Source: Opitutales bacterium
GTDB lineage: Bacteria; Verrucomicrobiota; Verrucomicrobiia; Opitutales; UBA953
Assembly: GCA_040398005.1 (NCBI GenBank)
Contig: JBBAUX010000002.1
Coordinates: forward strand, 96,001-160,000
Direction: 5' to 3'
DNA length: 64,000 nt
The notes under the pieces were generated by a model. It was not told the DNA's origin. It saw nothing but the letters and a program-made list of their open reading frames with translations, and searched no databases. The position numbers and the translations under genes were made by a program. Positions within the stretch are counted from its first letter, which is position 1; each line of letters opens with the position of its first letter. Shown one piece after another: positions 29,495-39,349 of this stretch.

Positions 29495-30511
29495 TCACTT
29501 GCTCATTTCCTGAGGTTTTTCCTCTGCTGCGTCCGTAGTGGGTTTTACAGGGGCTTCGGGGATGAATTCGGCATCCTTAATCTTACCGGCATCGGCTTCA
29601 GCTTCGAGGCGTTCCTCTTTAGGCAGAAGTTTTTTGGCTTCTTCGGCTTCTTTGGAAAGAGGGTAGTTGGTGATGAGGTTACGGAGGTAGCGATTGGAAA
29701 CTTCTTCGAGCTTTTGCTCCTTGGTGGTTGGACCATCCATGCCGCGGAAGGCTTTGGCGGCGCCTAAAAGTGCTTTGGGGATTTGTTCGACTTGGGAACC
29801 GTAGAAAACAGGAACACGTAAAAAGGTGTTCATCGCATTTTCATATTTTTTAGTTACGAGCAGGGAACTTCCTTTGAGAATATGTAAGCGAGCGAGAATT
29901 TCTACGTCGTCGATATTCTTAATGAGCTCAGTGGATTCGGTAATGACTTTTTCGTAGTCAGCCTTGCGGTAGCTTTGAACGAGTCGGGCTAATTTAATTT
30001 TGGTGCTGAGTTCAGGCTGGGTACCATCATCGGCGCGTTCGAGGTTTTCTAAGAAACTCGAAATCGCGGCATCGTTCTCGAGTCGATCCAACGCATCTAA
30101 TTTAATCATCGATGCTTTTAACCACCAGGAACCTGGAACTTTTTTTAGTGGTTCGAAGAATTTAATCACGGGCTCAATTTCATCGAGAGCCAGGTTGGGT
30201 TCGCCGCGGCTGACATAGATTTGGGCTTGAGCAATTTTTTCGGGTTGGGCCCAGACGATGCCTTCCACTTCACTGATTTTTTTGGTTAAAACCATGTCGA
30301 CGTCACCTTGGCGACTGGTGCGTTCAATCGTTCCCTTGGTCGTACTGATAATCGCCTTCTTCGGATCAACGAGAGGTTTGGGTGGTAGAGACTTGTCCAT
30401 TTTGAATGGATCATTCACATCCCAGCGTTCGTTATTTTTGAAGAAGAGGGTTTGGGCTTCGCTGACCAGTGGGGCGAAGAGCATGAAGAGAAATAGATAA
30501 GCAGCTCGCAT
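29495..30511 (-). CDS. Secreted TPR-repeat protein
   Basis: Signal peptide (..SEA|Q), TPR-like helices, 'FLRVPVFYG', 'LITNYPLS'. Confidence 0.8.
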   Translation of the reverse strand: MRAAYLFLFMLFAPLVSEAQTLFFKNNERWDVNDPFKMDKSLPPKPLVDPKKAIISTTKGTIERTSRQGDVDMVLTKKISEVEGIVWAQPEKIAQAQIYVSRGEPNLALDEIEPVIKFFEPLKKVPGSWWLKASMIKLDALDRLENDAAISSFLENLERADDGTQPELSTKIKLARLVQSYRKADYEKVITESTELIKNIDDVEILARLHILKGSSLLVTKKYENAMNTFLRVPVFYGSQVEQIPKALLGAAKAFRGMDGPTTKEQKLEEVSNRYLRNLITNYPLSKEAEEAKKLLPKEERLEAEADAGKIKDAEFIPEAPVKPTTDAAEEKPQEMSK

Positions 30512-30515
30512 GGTC

Positions 30516-33500
30516 TTAGAGTGATAGCATTAAGATTTTAGCTTCTTTGGCCTCCGGAGTGTCCTTGATGCGGTCCTTGGAGAGCATTTCCGCGAGGAGC
30601 AATTTAGCTTCAGGTTTTTGACCTAATTTTCCGGCTAAAATTTTGGCCGTACCGAGATAGGATTTGGCTGACCAGAATTCATACTTCTTCCAGGTTTGGT
30701 AACAGCGGCGATAGAAAGCGACCGCTTCGGCAGAGTTGCCTTGGCGCTCTTCCATGAGTCCAATCCAGTAAAGACAGCCCGCGGTAGTCTCACCTTTCCA
30801 CTCCTTGGTCTTAACAATCTCTTCAAAGCCTTTACGCGCTTCTTCGTAGCGTCCTAATTCTGCTAAAGCACGAGCGTGAGCAAATTTGATATCCTTTTCT
30901 TTGGACATCACGATGTTGTTGTCCGTGGCCTCATTACAGAGGTCGAGTGCTTCTTTAAATTTACCTTGGTTGAGGCGAACTTCTGCCATGCCTGCAAAAC
31001 CGAAGTCAGCATACTCCGATGAACGATGGTGCTCGAGCAGGTATTGATAAAGCCCTTCGGCGGCTGGATAATTTCTTTTCGCCACGAGATGATCTCCCAC
31101 TACACCGAGGAGGGTGGAGCTGAGTTCTTCGGCTTTATAGTTATTGGAAATCTTGCGGAAGTAGAGGTCGGTCTTTTCCGGATTGCGTAAGAAGGTTGAG
31201 AGCTGGGCGAGGGCGAAATAGCCGCGCGCTTGGGCGATTAAGGAGTCTTTGTTTTGCTCGAGTTTAAGTAACTGAGACATTTCCTGTTCAGCTTTCTCAG
31301 CGGTATAGGCCTTAGGGTCGAGAGCGATACCCGGCTTGACACGTTTTACCTTACGCGAGATTTTTTCAGCTAAGAAAATAATCAACTTCTCGGAGCCTTC
31401 TTGTTTACGGTCATTGATGGATTCGGCGACGGACTTTGAAAGCATCGCGAGCGCTTCAGTTTTTGCGGCCTGGATGCTGACTTGTCGGTCCTTCTCGATT
31501 TGATCCAGTTCCGCGGCGAGCACGTCGGAGAGTTTAGCCACTTCAGCCTTAGCAGCAGCTAATACGCCCGGGGTGGTGCTATCTGCTTTGGTTAAATCAT
31601 CTACCTTCCGACGGGCCACTGCTAAGAGTGCACTGTATTTCTTCTGGGTGGCTTCGGTGCGTTGCGAGAATTCTGGCTTATCGCCCATGCGCTCAGTCGC
31701 TTTAATGATCTCGTAGAGGTACGACATCGCCTTGGGGCTATTGTGGTCCCAATCGTAGATTTCTTGATAAAGGTTTTTAAGTTTTTGATGTTCGCCGCGA
31801 CCCGAGAGAAGTTTGTTGAGTTGTTGCACGACAAATTCCAAAGCACTGGCATTATTTTTACTCGATTTCGTAGCAGCAATGTAAGCCTCGATAGATTTTA
31901 CGATATGGACTTCTTTTTCTTTTTCGAGGCGTTGTTTTTCTAAAGTATATTTCTTTTTAGCCGCAGGCTCCCCGTTGGTTTTGATATTATTATCCGCCGT
32001 GCGAATCATATTATCGAGGTCAGTGCCGAGGCGGGTTTCACAGTCACCGATGAGGGTGTGTATTTCGGGAACTTGATTTTGTACTTCGAAGACGCTGCTC
32101 GTGCTATAGTCCTTCAACCAATCTTGGCAGATTTTTTGACACTCCGTAATTTCGGGTGGATTCAGTCCGTACTTGATAATCGCTTGGCGGTAGCGGACGT
32201 CGGGTAAGAAAGCGCCCTTCGGATATTGTTTCTGGTAGTCATCAAACCCTTGTTTGGTCTCTTTGTATTTACCTTGGTAGAACCAGCAAAGGGCTCGCAT
32301 GTAGGTGACTTGTTCCTTGCCGAGTGACTTCGGATACTTACGGGCAAACTCATCGAGGGCAACGCGTGCCTTCTCCCAGTCGACTTGTGCAAAATGCGAT
32401 GAAGCGATGCGGAAATCAAGTTCCTCCATCGTGAAAGGATCCATCTTCTTAACATTCTGCTTCGCCCACTTGTAATGTTCGATGGCTTCAGGATATTCTT
32501 CGCGGTCTTGAGAAATGGATCCAAGAATCACGGCAACTTCGGAAACTTGTTCGGCCTCAGGGAATTTTTGTAAGAACTCTTTGCACTTAGCTTGGGCTTC
32601 GGTGTTTCGTCCAATTTCACGAAGGGCTAAAATGTAATAATAATAAGCCCCAGTTACTTTGGTGAAGTTAGGAGAGTTATCAAAAATATCACGGAAGCCC
32701 ACGAACGCCTCCCAAGGTAATTTTAATTCTAATAAACAAAGTCCGATACGATAGGCGATGAGTGCGTCGTAATCTTTATTCTTTGAAAATTCGCTTTCGA
32801 TTTTCTGGAACTGGGCGAGTTCAGCTTTTACAATGTCAATTTTTGCTTTGGTTTCATCACTCACGGTGCCAGTTACCCGCAGCAGGTTATCCAGTTCGTT
32901 TTGTTTTTGCTCCAGCGCCTTAGTAATCGAGCGAGTAATATTATTTCGACGTAGGACGCCTTGATAGCTCGCTAGGGCCTGACGATACAGCTCGAGTTTA
33001 GTTTTTTCGTCGGTGCTGGCTTCGGCACTCGCGAAACGGGCATCACCGATTTCAATCCGTTGGAAGTTGGCTCTAACAATTTCGGCGGGTGAACCTGATC
33101 CTTTGGAATCAATCTCGGCTTTTAATTGTTCAGCTTCTTTAACGAGGCCGAGTTTGGTGTAAACTTCGACGAGTTGGTTACCGGCCTCGCGTGCTTCAGG
33201 TGTGCCTAATCCGCCGGCGATGGCTTTTTTAAGAAGTTCTAAAGCTTGGCCGTAAGCTTTTCTCTTTTCCGCATCGGTGCCACTCTTGGCTTGTTCGATG
33301 ATGACACGACCCGAGAGAGCGTAGGCACTCACCCGGTCTTGGGGCTGCACGAGCGGGCTGGTGCGTAGTTCACTTAAAAGTTTTAAGGCCTCTTCCCACT
33401 TGGACTGCCCGCCGTAGACTTCAACTAAGGTTAAACGAACAACGCCGATTTTATTATCATTAATATCAAAAAAATCTTCCGTGCCCTTAGGGAACTTAGT

Positions 33501-33836
33501 TAAAAATAAATTGATGGCGCCTTCGGCCTTCGCCCAATCTTTTTTGAGGTAGTAACAGGAGGCACGTTTGAACTGCACGACCGCCGCTAATTTGGTTTCC
33601 AGTTTGGGTGCCTTCTTTTCAAGCTCCTCTAAATTTTTCAGAGCCTCATCATACTTTTTCTGATCCATCGCCAATATGGCTTTGTTAAAAAGAATAGTGA
33701 GGGGGTCTTCTGCTGGTTTCGTCGCTACCGCTTTATTTTGAGCCAGGCAAAGCGTGGAGCCAAGGTTTCCGGTGAATAAGGCAACGAGGGTCGCAATTAC
33801 TAAAAATCGAAAGGATCGTGGAGCGAATAAAGCCAT
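30516..33836 (-). CDS. Large secreted TPR-repeat protein, 1106 aa
   Basis: Signal peptide and many BamD/YbgF-like TPR units ending 'FL.KFP', 'KYP', 'QYP'. Confidence 0.85.
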   Translation of the reverse strand: MALFAPRSFRFLVIATLVALFTGNLGSTLCLAQNKAVATKPAEDPLTILFNKAILAMDQKKYDEALKNLEELEKKAPKLETKLAAVVQFKRASCYYLKKDWAKAEGAINLFLTKFPKGTEDFFDINDNKIGVVRLTLVEVYGGQSKWEEALKLLSELRTSPLVQPQDRVSAYALSGRVIIEQAKSGTDAEKRKAYGQALELLKKAIAGGLGTPEAREAGNQLVEVYTKLGLVKEAEQLKAEIDSKGSGSPAEIVRANFQRIEIGDARFASAEASTDEKTKLELYRQALASYQGVLRRNNITRSITKALEQKQNELDNLLRVTGTVSDETKAKIDIVKAELAQFQKIESEFSKNKDYDALIAYRIGLCLLELKLPWEAFVGFRDIFDNSPNFTKVTGAYYYYILALREIGRNTEAQAKCKEFLQKFPEAEQVSEVAVILGSISQDREEYPEAIEHYKWAKQNVKKMDPFTMEELDFRIASSHFAQVDWEKARVALDEFARKYPKSLGKEQVTYMRALCWFYQGKYKETKQGFDDYQKQYPKGAFLPDVRYRQAIIKYGLNPPEITECQKICQDWLKDYSTSSVFEVQNQVPEIHTLIGDCETRLGTDLDNMIRTADNNIKTNGEPAAKKKYTLEKQRLEKEKEVHIVKSIEAYIAATKSSKNNASALEFVVQQLNKLLSGRGEHQKLKNLYQEIYDWDHNSPKAMSYLYEIIKATERMGDKPEFSQRTEATQKKYSALLAVARRKVDDLTKADSTTPGVLAAAKAEVAKLSDVLAAELDQIEKDRQVSIQAAKTEALAMLSKSVAESINDRKQEGSEKLIIFLAEKISRKVKRVKPGIALDPKAYTAEKAEQEMSQLLKLEQNKDSLIAQARGYFALAQLSTFLRNPEKTDLYFRKISNNYKAEELSSTLLGVVGDHLVAKRNYPAAEGLYQYLLEHHRSSEYADFGFAGMAEVRLNQGKFKEALDLCNEATDNNIVMSKEKDIKFAHARALAELGRYEEARKGFEEIVKTKEWKGETTAGCLYWIGLMEERQGNSAEAVAFYRRCYQTWKKYEFWSAKSYLGTAKILAGKLGQKPEAKLLLAEMLSKDRIKDTPEAKEAKILMLSL

Positions 33837-33968
33837 CGGGGTGAGGAGTTGGGGAACTCTCGGAAGTAGGCTGTAAAAGTGCCTTTACGGGGGAATTTTG
33901 CCAAGTCTTAACAGGGCCCCCATACCTAAACTTATCCGCAGTGATAAATGAGTATTAACCCTAAAATA

Positions 33969-34907
33969 TTACTTAGCGGGTCGTATCGCCGTGCCTAAAA
34001 TTGTCTCAAAGCCAGGCTCTTGTGACTCTTTGGTGACAATTCTCACTTCGGTCTTAACAAACCCAGATTCTTCGAGCCAATCATGCAGGTCGTTCTCATT
34101 AAAACCCAACCAACGGTCGGCGTAGAGTTCGCGTGCTTTTTCGAACTTATGGGCACGTAAATCTAAAATCAGTAAGCGGCCACCTGGTTTAAGAATACGA
34201 TAGGCTTCAGTCAAAGCCTTTTTTGGATTTTCGGCGTGGTGTAAGGCTTGGCTGAGCAGGGCAAGATCCACGCTCTTATCCGGCAGGGGGACTTTTTCGA
34301 TATCTCCTAAAACATATTCTAGATTTTTGATCTGTTCTTTTTTGGCTAAGCTGCGACCCAATTCCACCATGCGAGATGAGTTATCGATACAGTAAACAAA
34401 TTCTGCTTGGCGGGCGAGTAATCGGGAGAGCGTACCATCGCCCGCACCGAGGTCGGCGATTTTAACTTTCGGGGTTAATAAAAATAACATCTGTCCAATC
34501 GATTCCCAGGAGCGACCGGGACAATAGTTTTTACCGAGGCGTTCCGCGACGAGGTTGAAATGTTGTTCCGTTTTGCGACGGCGTTTTTCCGCGAGGCGCT
34601 TGAGGGCTCGTTGATCGGCTTGGATCTGTGATTCTTGGGCGGTGGCTTGCTGAGTCGCTTCAATCATTTTTTGCACACCGCTCGGTAAATTATCGGCTAA
34701 AACGTAAAAGGAATTTTTTCCATCGCGACGGTCATGGGCCAGTCCGGATTTTTTTAACAGTGCGAGGTGCGTAGAAATGCGTGATTGGCGCATGCCGAGT
34801 ATCTCTTGAAGTTCGCCTACGGAAAGTTCGCCACGGCTGATGAGGAAAAGAATCCGTGCCCGGGTGGGATCGGAAAGAAGGCGGATGGACTCCCAAGGGT
34901 CGGGCAT
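33969..34907 (-). CDS. ArsR-family regulator fused to a SAM-methyltransferase domain (SahR-like)
   Basis: 'LSDPTRARIL..ELSVGEL..QSRISTHL' HTH, then 'ADLGAGDG', 'QALHH', 'ILKPGGRL'. Confidence 0.9.
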   Translation of the reverse strand: MPDPWESIRLLSDPTRARILFLISRGELSVGELQEILGMRQSRISTHLALLKKSGLAHDRRDGKNSFYVLADNLPSGVQKMIEATQQATAQESQIQADQRALKRLAEKRRRKTEQHFNLVAERLGKNYCPGRSWESIGQMLFLLTPKVKIADLGAGDGTLSRLLARQAEFVYCIDNSSRMVELGRSLAKKEQIKNLEYVLGDIEKVPLPDKSVDLALLSQALHHAENPKKALTEAYRILKPGGRLLILDLRAHKFEKARELYADRWLGFNENDLHDWLEESGFVKTEVRIVTKESQEPGFETILGTAIRPAK

Positions 34908-34913
34908 GTGGTG

Positions 34914-34942
34914 AGATTGCAGTAGGTTTGTGGCTGTGTCAA
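34914..34942 (-). promoter_or_regulatory. Putative promoter TTGACA-17-CAATCT, 6 nt upstream of the ATG (leaderless)
   Basis: Consensus -35 hexamer with canonical spacing, immediately after the greA terminator hairpin. Confidence 0.55.
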
Positions 34943-34971
34943 AAGAGGAAGCCCTAGAAAACTAGGGCTTC
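34941..34971 (-). terminator. Intrinsic terminator after greA
   Basis: 10-bp stem GAAGCCCTAG-aaaa-CTAGGGCTTC (34948-34971), followed on the minus strand by CTCTTTT. Confidence 0.7.
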
Positions 34972-34997
34972 GTCGCGTCCAAAGAATAAACTTCGGC

Positions 34998-36965
34998 CTA
35001 TTTTTTGTCGGCCCAGCGATTAATCGAAAGAACCTTCCACTTTTCAGTGCGGCCCTTGATGTTCGTGCTGAACTCTTCGCCCACTTTCTTGTTCAAGAAC
35101 TGACGAGCTAAAGGAGTGATATAGGCCAGAATGTTACGCTCGGGTTCGCCATCCCAAGCACCCAGAATGGTGTAGGTGATTTCAGTCTTATCAGACTCGC
35201 GATGTAATTTAACATTGGTGCCGATCGAAACCTTGTCCGTCTTGGCGGTAGCGAAATCAAACACTTCAGCCTTCTTGAGCATCGCCTCTAATTCAGCGCG
35301 ACGTCCCGTTAAGGTGTCGTGATCTTGGCGGGCCATCTTGTATTCAGAGTTTTCACGCAAGTCGCCGTGCTCTTTCGCGATTTGAATGGCTTCTTTCGTG
35401 GCGGGAAGTTTGACCTGAACGATATCGGTAAGCTCGGCCTCGCGGGCTAACTTACTTTCTTGGGAAACCTTGAGAGTGCTTTCTTCGGTGGTGTTTTCGT
35501 CTTGTTGGCTCTTCCAGATCTGTTCGACGCTTGGCTCGATATGGTGGAAGCGGGCCTTAAGTTTGCTCTTGGTGGTCTCGTCGAAACCTTGATTACGTAA
35601 CATGATACGCACGAGGTCGAAGATGGTTTCGATATCTACTTTATTGCCATGGGGCATCAAGATATCGGACAGAATATTTTTGTCGTTGATTAACTCGGTG
35701 ACGAGAGGAATACGCGCCGTTGAATTAGACTCGAGCGCTTCGATGTCGATGCTGCTTAAGATGGCACCGAGCAGGTTGGGATTAACCAAGGGGGCAACAA
35801 TCTCTGCATATTTTTTGGACTCACGATTTTTGATGATCCAGATAATGACAGGAGGGCGGAGATCGCGTGAATCGAGCCATTCGCTGAAACGTTTAGCAAC
35901 TTTGTCGGCGAGTTCCGCGTCACAGAGATAAGAGATGCATTCGGAAACTAATTTAGCAGAACCGGTTTTGGTTCCACCGATATCGCGATTGCGGAGTAAA
36001 TCGAAAGCGCGATCCGCCCAGCGTTCGCCACTGTGTGCACGAATTAAATCGAGTAACGCCCGGATTTTTTCGCTGGTGTGAGGGATGTGTAAGGCGATGG
36101 TGGCGAGGTCGGAGTCGCTGCTTTCAGCAATGATTTCCGAAGCCGTTGGGCTTTGGGTGTCGACGGTTTCAACCGCAGTGCGGAAGAACTTATCGCGATC
36201 CCAAATTGCGCATAAAATCTTAGGTAAATGGGTGCTTCGACGTGAACCGGTGAGACCTTTGAGGGCCTTGCTGAGGTCGCTAGAAACCTTTGCTAAATTA
36301 GCTTCATTCGCCGCCGAACGTGTTTCGTTGGTCGGGCTGTCAGCGAGTTCTTCGAGGATAGCAATTTTGCGTTCGAAGATAGGGGACATTTCGTACTGAG
36401 CGAAAAGATCTTCACCCACGTCCTTCGGAGCTTCGAGTAAAGCGTAGGCTCCACCTTTACGTTCGGGAATTAAAATAGCGCGATCTTTGCGAATGGCGGC
36501 GCGACCTTTCGTCCACCAATTTTTGAATGCCGTTGTGCGATCTTTACCAGCGGCCAAAGAGGCGAAATAGATGCGATCCAATTGTGCTTCGAGAGCGTAG
36601 GAAGAGCATTCGCCGGTCGGGTATTCAGCTAAGATGCTTTTGATTAGAGTCGGTACATCGTCGGCGACCAATTTCGCAATTTTTTCTTTGGCGCCGTCTG
36701 CGTAGGATTGGGAGAGGATGCTCTCGGGATTTAAAATTTCAATTTTACCGTTGGAGAAAAAGGCCACGTCGATGACGTGTCCTTTTTTGGACTGCTCAGG
36801 GAAGTCGATGGTGAAGCGCTTCGTCGCTTCGTCGTAAGAACGAATGATTCCGATGCCCCAAGCTTGGTGTAAACAAAAACCGTTTTTACCAGCCGTGACC
36901 AGGCTGATGGTTTCTGGGATGAGGTGGTTTTTGCCACCGTGTGGGTTGAGGGCCTTGTTACTCAT
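34998..36965 (-). CDS. greA: Long GreA/GreB-family elongation factor with a large N-terminal extension
   Basis: C-terminal 'AKEHGDLRENSEYKMAR', 'YTILGAWD', 'Y.TPLA'. About 500 aa N-terminal region as in chlamydial/spirochaete long GreA. Confidence 0.88.
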   Translation of the reverse strand: MSNKALNPHGGKNHLIPETISLVTAGKNGFCLHQAWGIGIIRSYDEATKRFTIDFPEQSKKGHVIDVAFFSNGKIEILNPESILSQSYADGAKEKIAKLVADDVPTLIKSILAEYPTGECSSYALEAQLDRIYFASLAAGKDRTTAFKNWWTKGRAAIRKDRAILIPERKGGAYALLEAPKDVGEDLFAQYEMSPIFERKIAILEELADSPTNETRSAANEANLAKVSSDLSKALKGLTGSRRSTHLPKILCAIWDRDKFFRTAVETVDTQSPTASEIIAESSDSDLATIALHIPHTSEKIRALLDLIRAHSGERWADRAFDLLRNRDIGGTKTGSAKLVSECISYLCDAELADKVAKRFSEWLDSRDLRPPVIIWIIKNRESKKYAEIVAPLVNPNLLGAILSSIDIEALESNSTARIPLVTELINDKNILSDILMPHGNKVDIETIFDLVRIMLRNQGFDETTKSKLKARFHHIEPSVEQIWKSQQDENTTEESTLKVSQESKLAREAELTDIVQVKLPATKEAIQIAKEHGDLRENSEYKMARQDHDTLTGRRAELEAMLKKAEVFDFATAKTDKVSIGTNVKLHRESDKTEITYTILGAWDGEPERNILAYITPLARQFLNKKVGEEFSTNIKGRTEKWKVLSINRWADKK

Positions 36966-37065
36966 TGCAAATTGTGGTTTTGAGGGTAACAAAACTTACT
37001 TGCAAGCCGGAAGGAAGGCCCATCGTCTTTGCCACCTAAATAAGTGCAACTCGTCCTAATCAACC

Positions 37066-38199
37066 ATGGCCTTTAAGCCTCTAAAACCCTCCATCCATGG
37101 CGAAACCCCCGACTCCTTGGGGCTTAAGCTCGCTGACGCCGGTCACCCCAAATACCGGGCTGGGCAGATTTTTGAGTGGATTTATCCCCGCCGTGCCGAA
37201 TCTGCCGAGATAATGACTAATTTACCGGCCAATTTGCGGGTTTGGCTGGGCGAAAATTATGATTTTACCTCAACCGAGGTGCTTGGACACAAAACGTCCC
37301 AAGACGTGACCCAGAAACTTTTACAAAAACTCCGCGATGGATCTTTAATCGAGACCGTCATCATTCGTGCCCCCATGGAAGGAGTCGGCCAGGATAAATC
37401 GCGGCGCACCATTTGTATCTCTACTCAAGTGGGCTGCGCCTACGGTTGTAAATTCTGTGCTTCAGGTCTCGATGGCTGGAAGCGTGACTTGAGTGTTGGC
37501 GAAATTGTTTCGCAACTGGTGCAAGTTTGCCGGATTGAAGATCAGGCCGATCCCGCTCGTGCCGCCGAAGGTTTAGCTTCGTTCGATAATATTGTGGTCA
37601 TGGGCATGGGGGAACCTTTGGCCAATTACGACAATTTGATGGCGGCCTTAAAAATTGTAAACGCCCAGTGGGGCTTTGGTTTTGGCGCACGCCGCGTGAC
37701 GATTTCGACCTCAGGAGTCGTTCCCAAGATTTTAAAATTAGCGGAAGAAACTTTAGGATTTCGTTTAGCGATTAGTTTACACGGCGCGACCAATGAAGTG
37801 CGGGAAAAAATCATGCCCATAAATAAAAAGTACCCGCTGGAAGAATTAATTCCCGCCGCTAAAACTTTTGCCCGTGAACACGGCCGCATGTTAACGTTAG
37901 AATTTATTCTTATCGAAGAGATTAATGACTCACTCGAACAGGCCCAAAAATTAGCGGTGATTGCCCGAGAATTACACGCCCACGTTAATTTAATTCCTTA
38001 CAATACGGTGGAGGGACTGGATTGGCGCCGACCTTCCATCACCCGCCAGGATCGCTTCGTTAAAGAACTGCGTGCCCTGGGCGTGACCGCGACTTTACGT
38101 CGAGAAAAAGGGCATGATATCAATGCGGCCTGTGGTCAGTTAAGACTGCAGAAAGAGAAAAGCTTGGGCGCGGATTCGATGCCCACCGCAGAAGTTTAA
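37066..38199 (+). CDS. rlmN: 23S rRNA (adenine2503-C2)-methyltransferase, radical SAM
   Basis: 'CISTQVGCAYGCKFC', 'MGMGEP', 'ISLH', 'VNLIPYN', 'DINAACGQL'. Confidence 0.97.
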   Translation: MAFKPLKPSIHGETPDSLGLKLADAGHPKYRAGQIFEWIYPRRAESAEIMTNLPANLRVWLGENYDFTSTEVLGHKTSQDVTQKLLQKLRDGSLIETVIIRAPMEGVGQDKSRRTICISTQVGCAYGCKFCASGLDGWKRDLSVGEIVSQLVQVCRIEDQADPARAAEGLASFDNIVVMGMGEPLANYDNLMAALKIVNAQWGFGFGARRVTISTSGVVPKILKLAEETLGFRLAISLHGATNEVREKIMPINKKYPLEELIPAAKTFAREHGRMLTLEFILIEEINDSLEQAQKLAVIARELHAHVNLIPYNTVEGLDWRRPSITRQDRFVKELRALGVTATLRREKGHDINAACGQLRLQKEKSLGADSMPTAEV

Positions 38200-38846
38200 G
38201 CGACTAATCCAGCGATAAAAGCTCGGCGATCAGGTGCTTTGTAAAAAGCGGTACCTGCTACCAAGGTGTCGGCTCCCGCGGCGCGACATTGTAAACCGGT
38301 TTCGTGGTTGATTCCGCCGTCGACTTCTAAACGGAATTTTAAGCCACGATTTTTTCTTTCGTTACTTAAGAACTTAATGCTTTCAAGTACCGATGGCATA
38401 AAAGACTGTCCGCCGAAACCAGGAAAAACTGTCATGCACAAGACAAGGTCTACTGAATCAAGATACGGTAAAAGTCTCTTAGGGTCGCAATCTGGATTCA
38501 TCGCAATGCCTGTTTGCACACCCGCCTCTTTAATTGCTTTAAGTGTCTTGGCGACATCATGGTCGGCTTCGACATGAACAGTAATCGTTTCGGCGCCGGC
38601 TTTGATGAAGGGAGTGATGTAGCGATCTGGATTTTGTAACATCAGGTGCACATCGAAATGCAGTTTGGTCCGCGATCTTAAATCGGCCACCACCTGTGGA
38701 CCAAAGCTGATGTTCGGCACAAAGTGTCCATCCATAATATCGAGGTGCACCCACTTTAATCCGGCCTCTTCAATTGCTTTAATCCCGAGCGCAAATTCAC
38801 CGTGATTAGCGGCGAGCAGGGAAGGAGCAATGATCGGCGAATTCAT
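38196..38846 (-). CDS. rpe: Ribulose-phosphate 3-epimerase
   Basis: 'IAPSLLA', 'HLDIMDGHFVPNISFG', 'DVHLM', 'MTVFPGFGGQ', 'EVDGGI'. Confidence 0.97.
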   Translation of the reverse strand: MNSPIIAPSLLAANHGEFALGIKAIEEAGLKWVHLDIMDGHFVPNISFGPQVVADLRSRTKLHFDVHLMLQNPDRYITPFIKAGAETITVHVEADHDVAKTLKAIKEAGVQTGIAMNPDCDPKRLLPYLDSVDLVLCMTVFPGFGGQSFMPSVLESIKFLSNERKNRGLKFRLEVDGGINHETGLQCRAAGADTLVAGTAFYKAPDRRAFIAGLVA

Positions 38847-38848
38847 AG

Positions 38849-39349
38849 TTACCAAGCCGTGGTCGCAGCCTCTCGTATTTGGCTAACGATATCCGTAAAT
38901 AAACCCGGTGCGACACTGCGCTCTTCCGCGGAAGCATCACCGTTGGGCTGCAAGGTTGCGGAGGCACTAAATTCTCGGTCCTTAAACAAAACCTTTGTTC
39001 CGTTGTTAGTGGTTAAGGTACAACGTACCGTGATTGAAATATTAAAACTACTGTAGGTATAACTATCGGTCGATTTCGTGGTCAGACCTTGGTGGGTGTA
39101 GCGAGTGACAACGGTTTCTAATTTTGCTCCGCCTGGACCGATTTTAATGCGTGGGTCGGCGGTAAAAGATTCAACTAATTTTTGTTCAAGAACGACCTGA
39201 GTGCCGATGCGCGAAGTGTTATTTTTAATGGGAGCAATTTCAATCGTCGAGAACGTGGGTTTAGGTCCACCGAGTTCATAGGACGAGCAGCCCGTTTGGC
39301 TGATGGTTAAACTCAGACCCAGAAATATGAAGAGTGTGCGTAAGCTCAT
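38849..39349 (-). CDS. lptE: LptE-like LPS assembly lipoprotein
   Basis: Lipoprotein-like signal (QTGC-SSYELG), size, and position after a bamD-like gene. Confidence 0.7.
   Translation of the reverse strand: MSLRTLFIFLGLSLTISQTGCSSYELGGPKPTFSTIEIAPIKNNTSRIGTQVVLEQKLVESFTADPRIKIGPGGAKLETVVTRYTHQGLTTKSTDSYTYSSFNISITVRCTLTTNNGTKVLFKDREFSASATLQPNGDASAEERSVAPGLFTDIVSQIREAATTAW

Noticed and set aside
37066..38199. Radical SAM enzyme as maturase for the Cys-repeat peptide
   Set aside because: Has all RlmN signatures (MGMGEP, AACGQL) and no SPASM or RRE domain.
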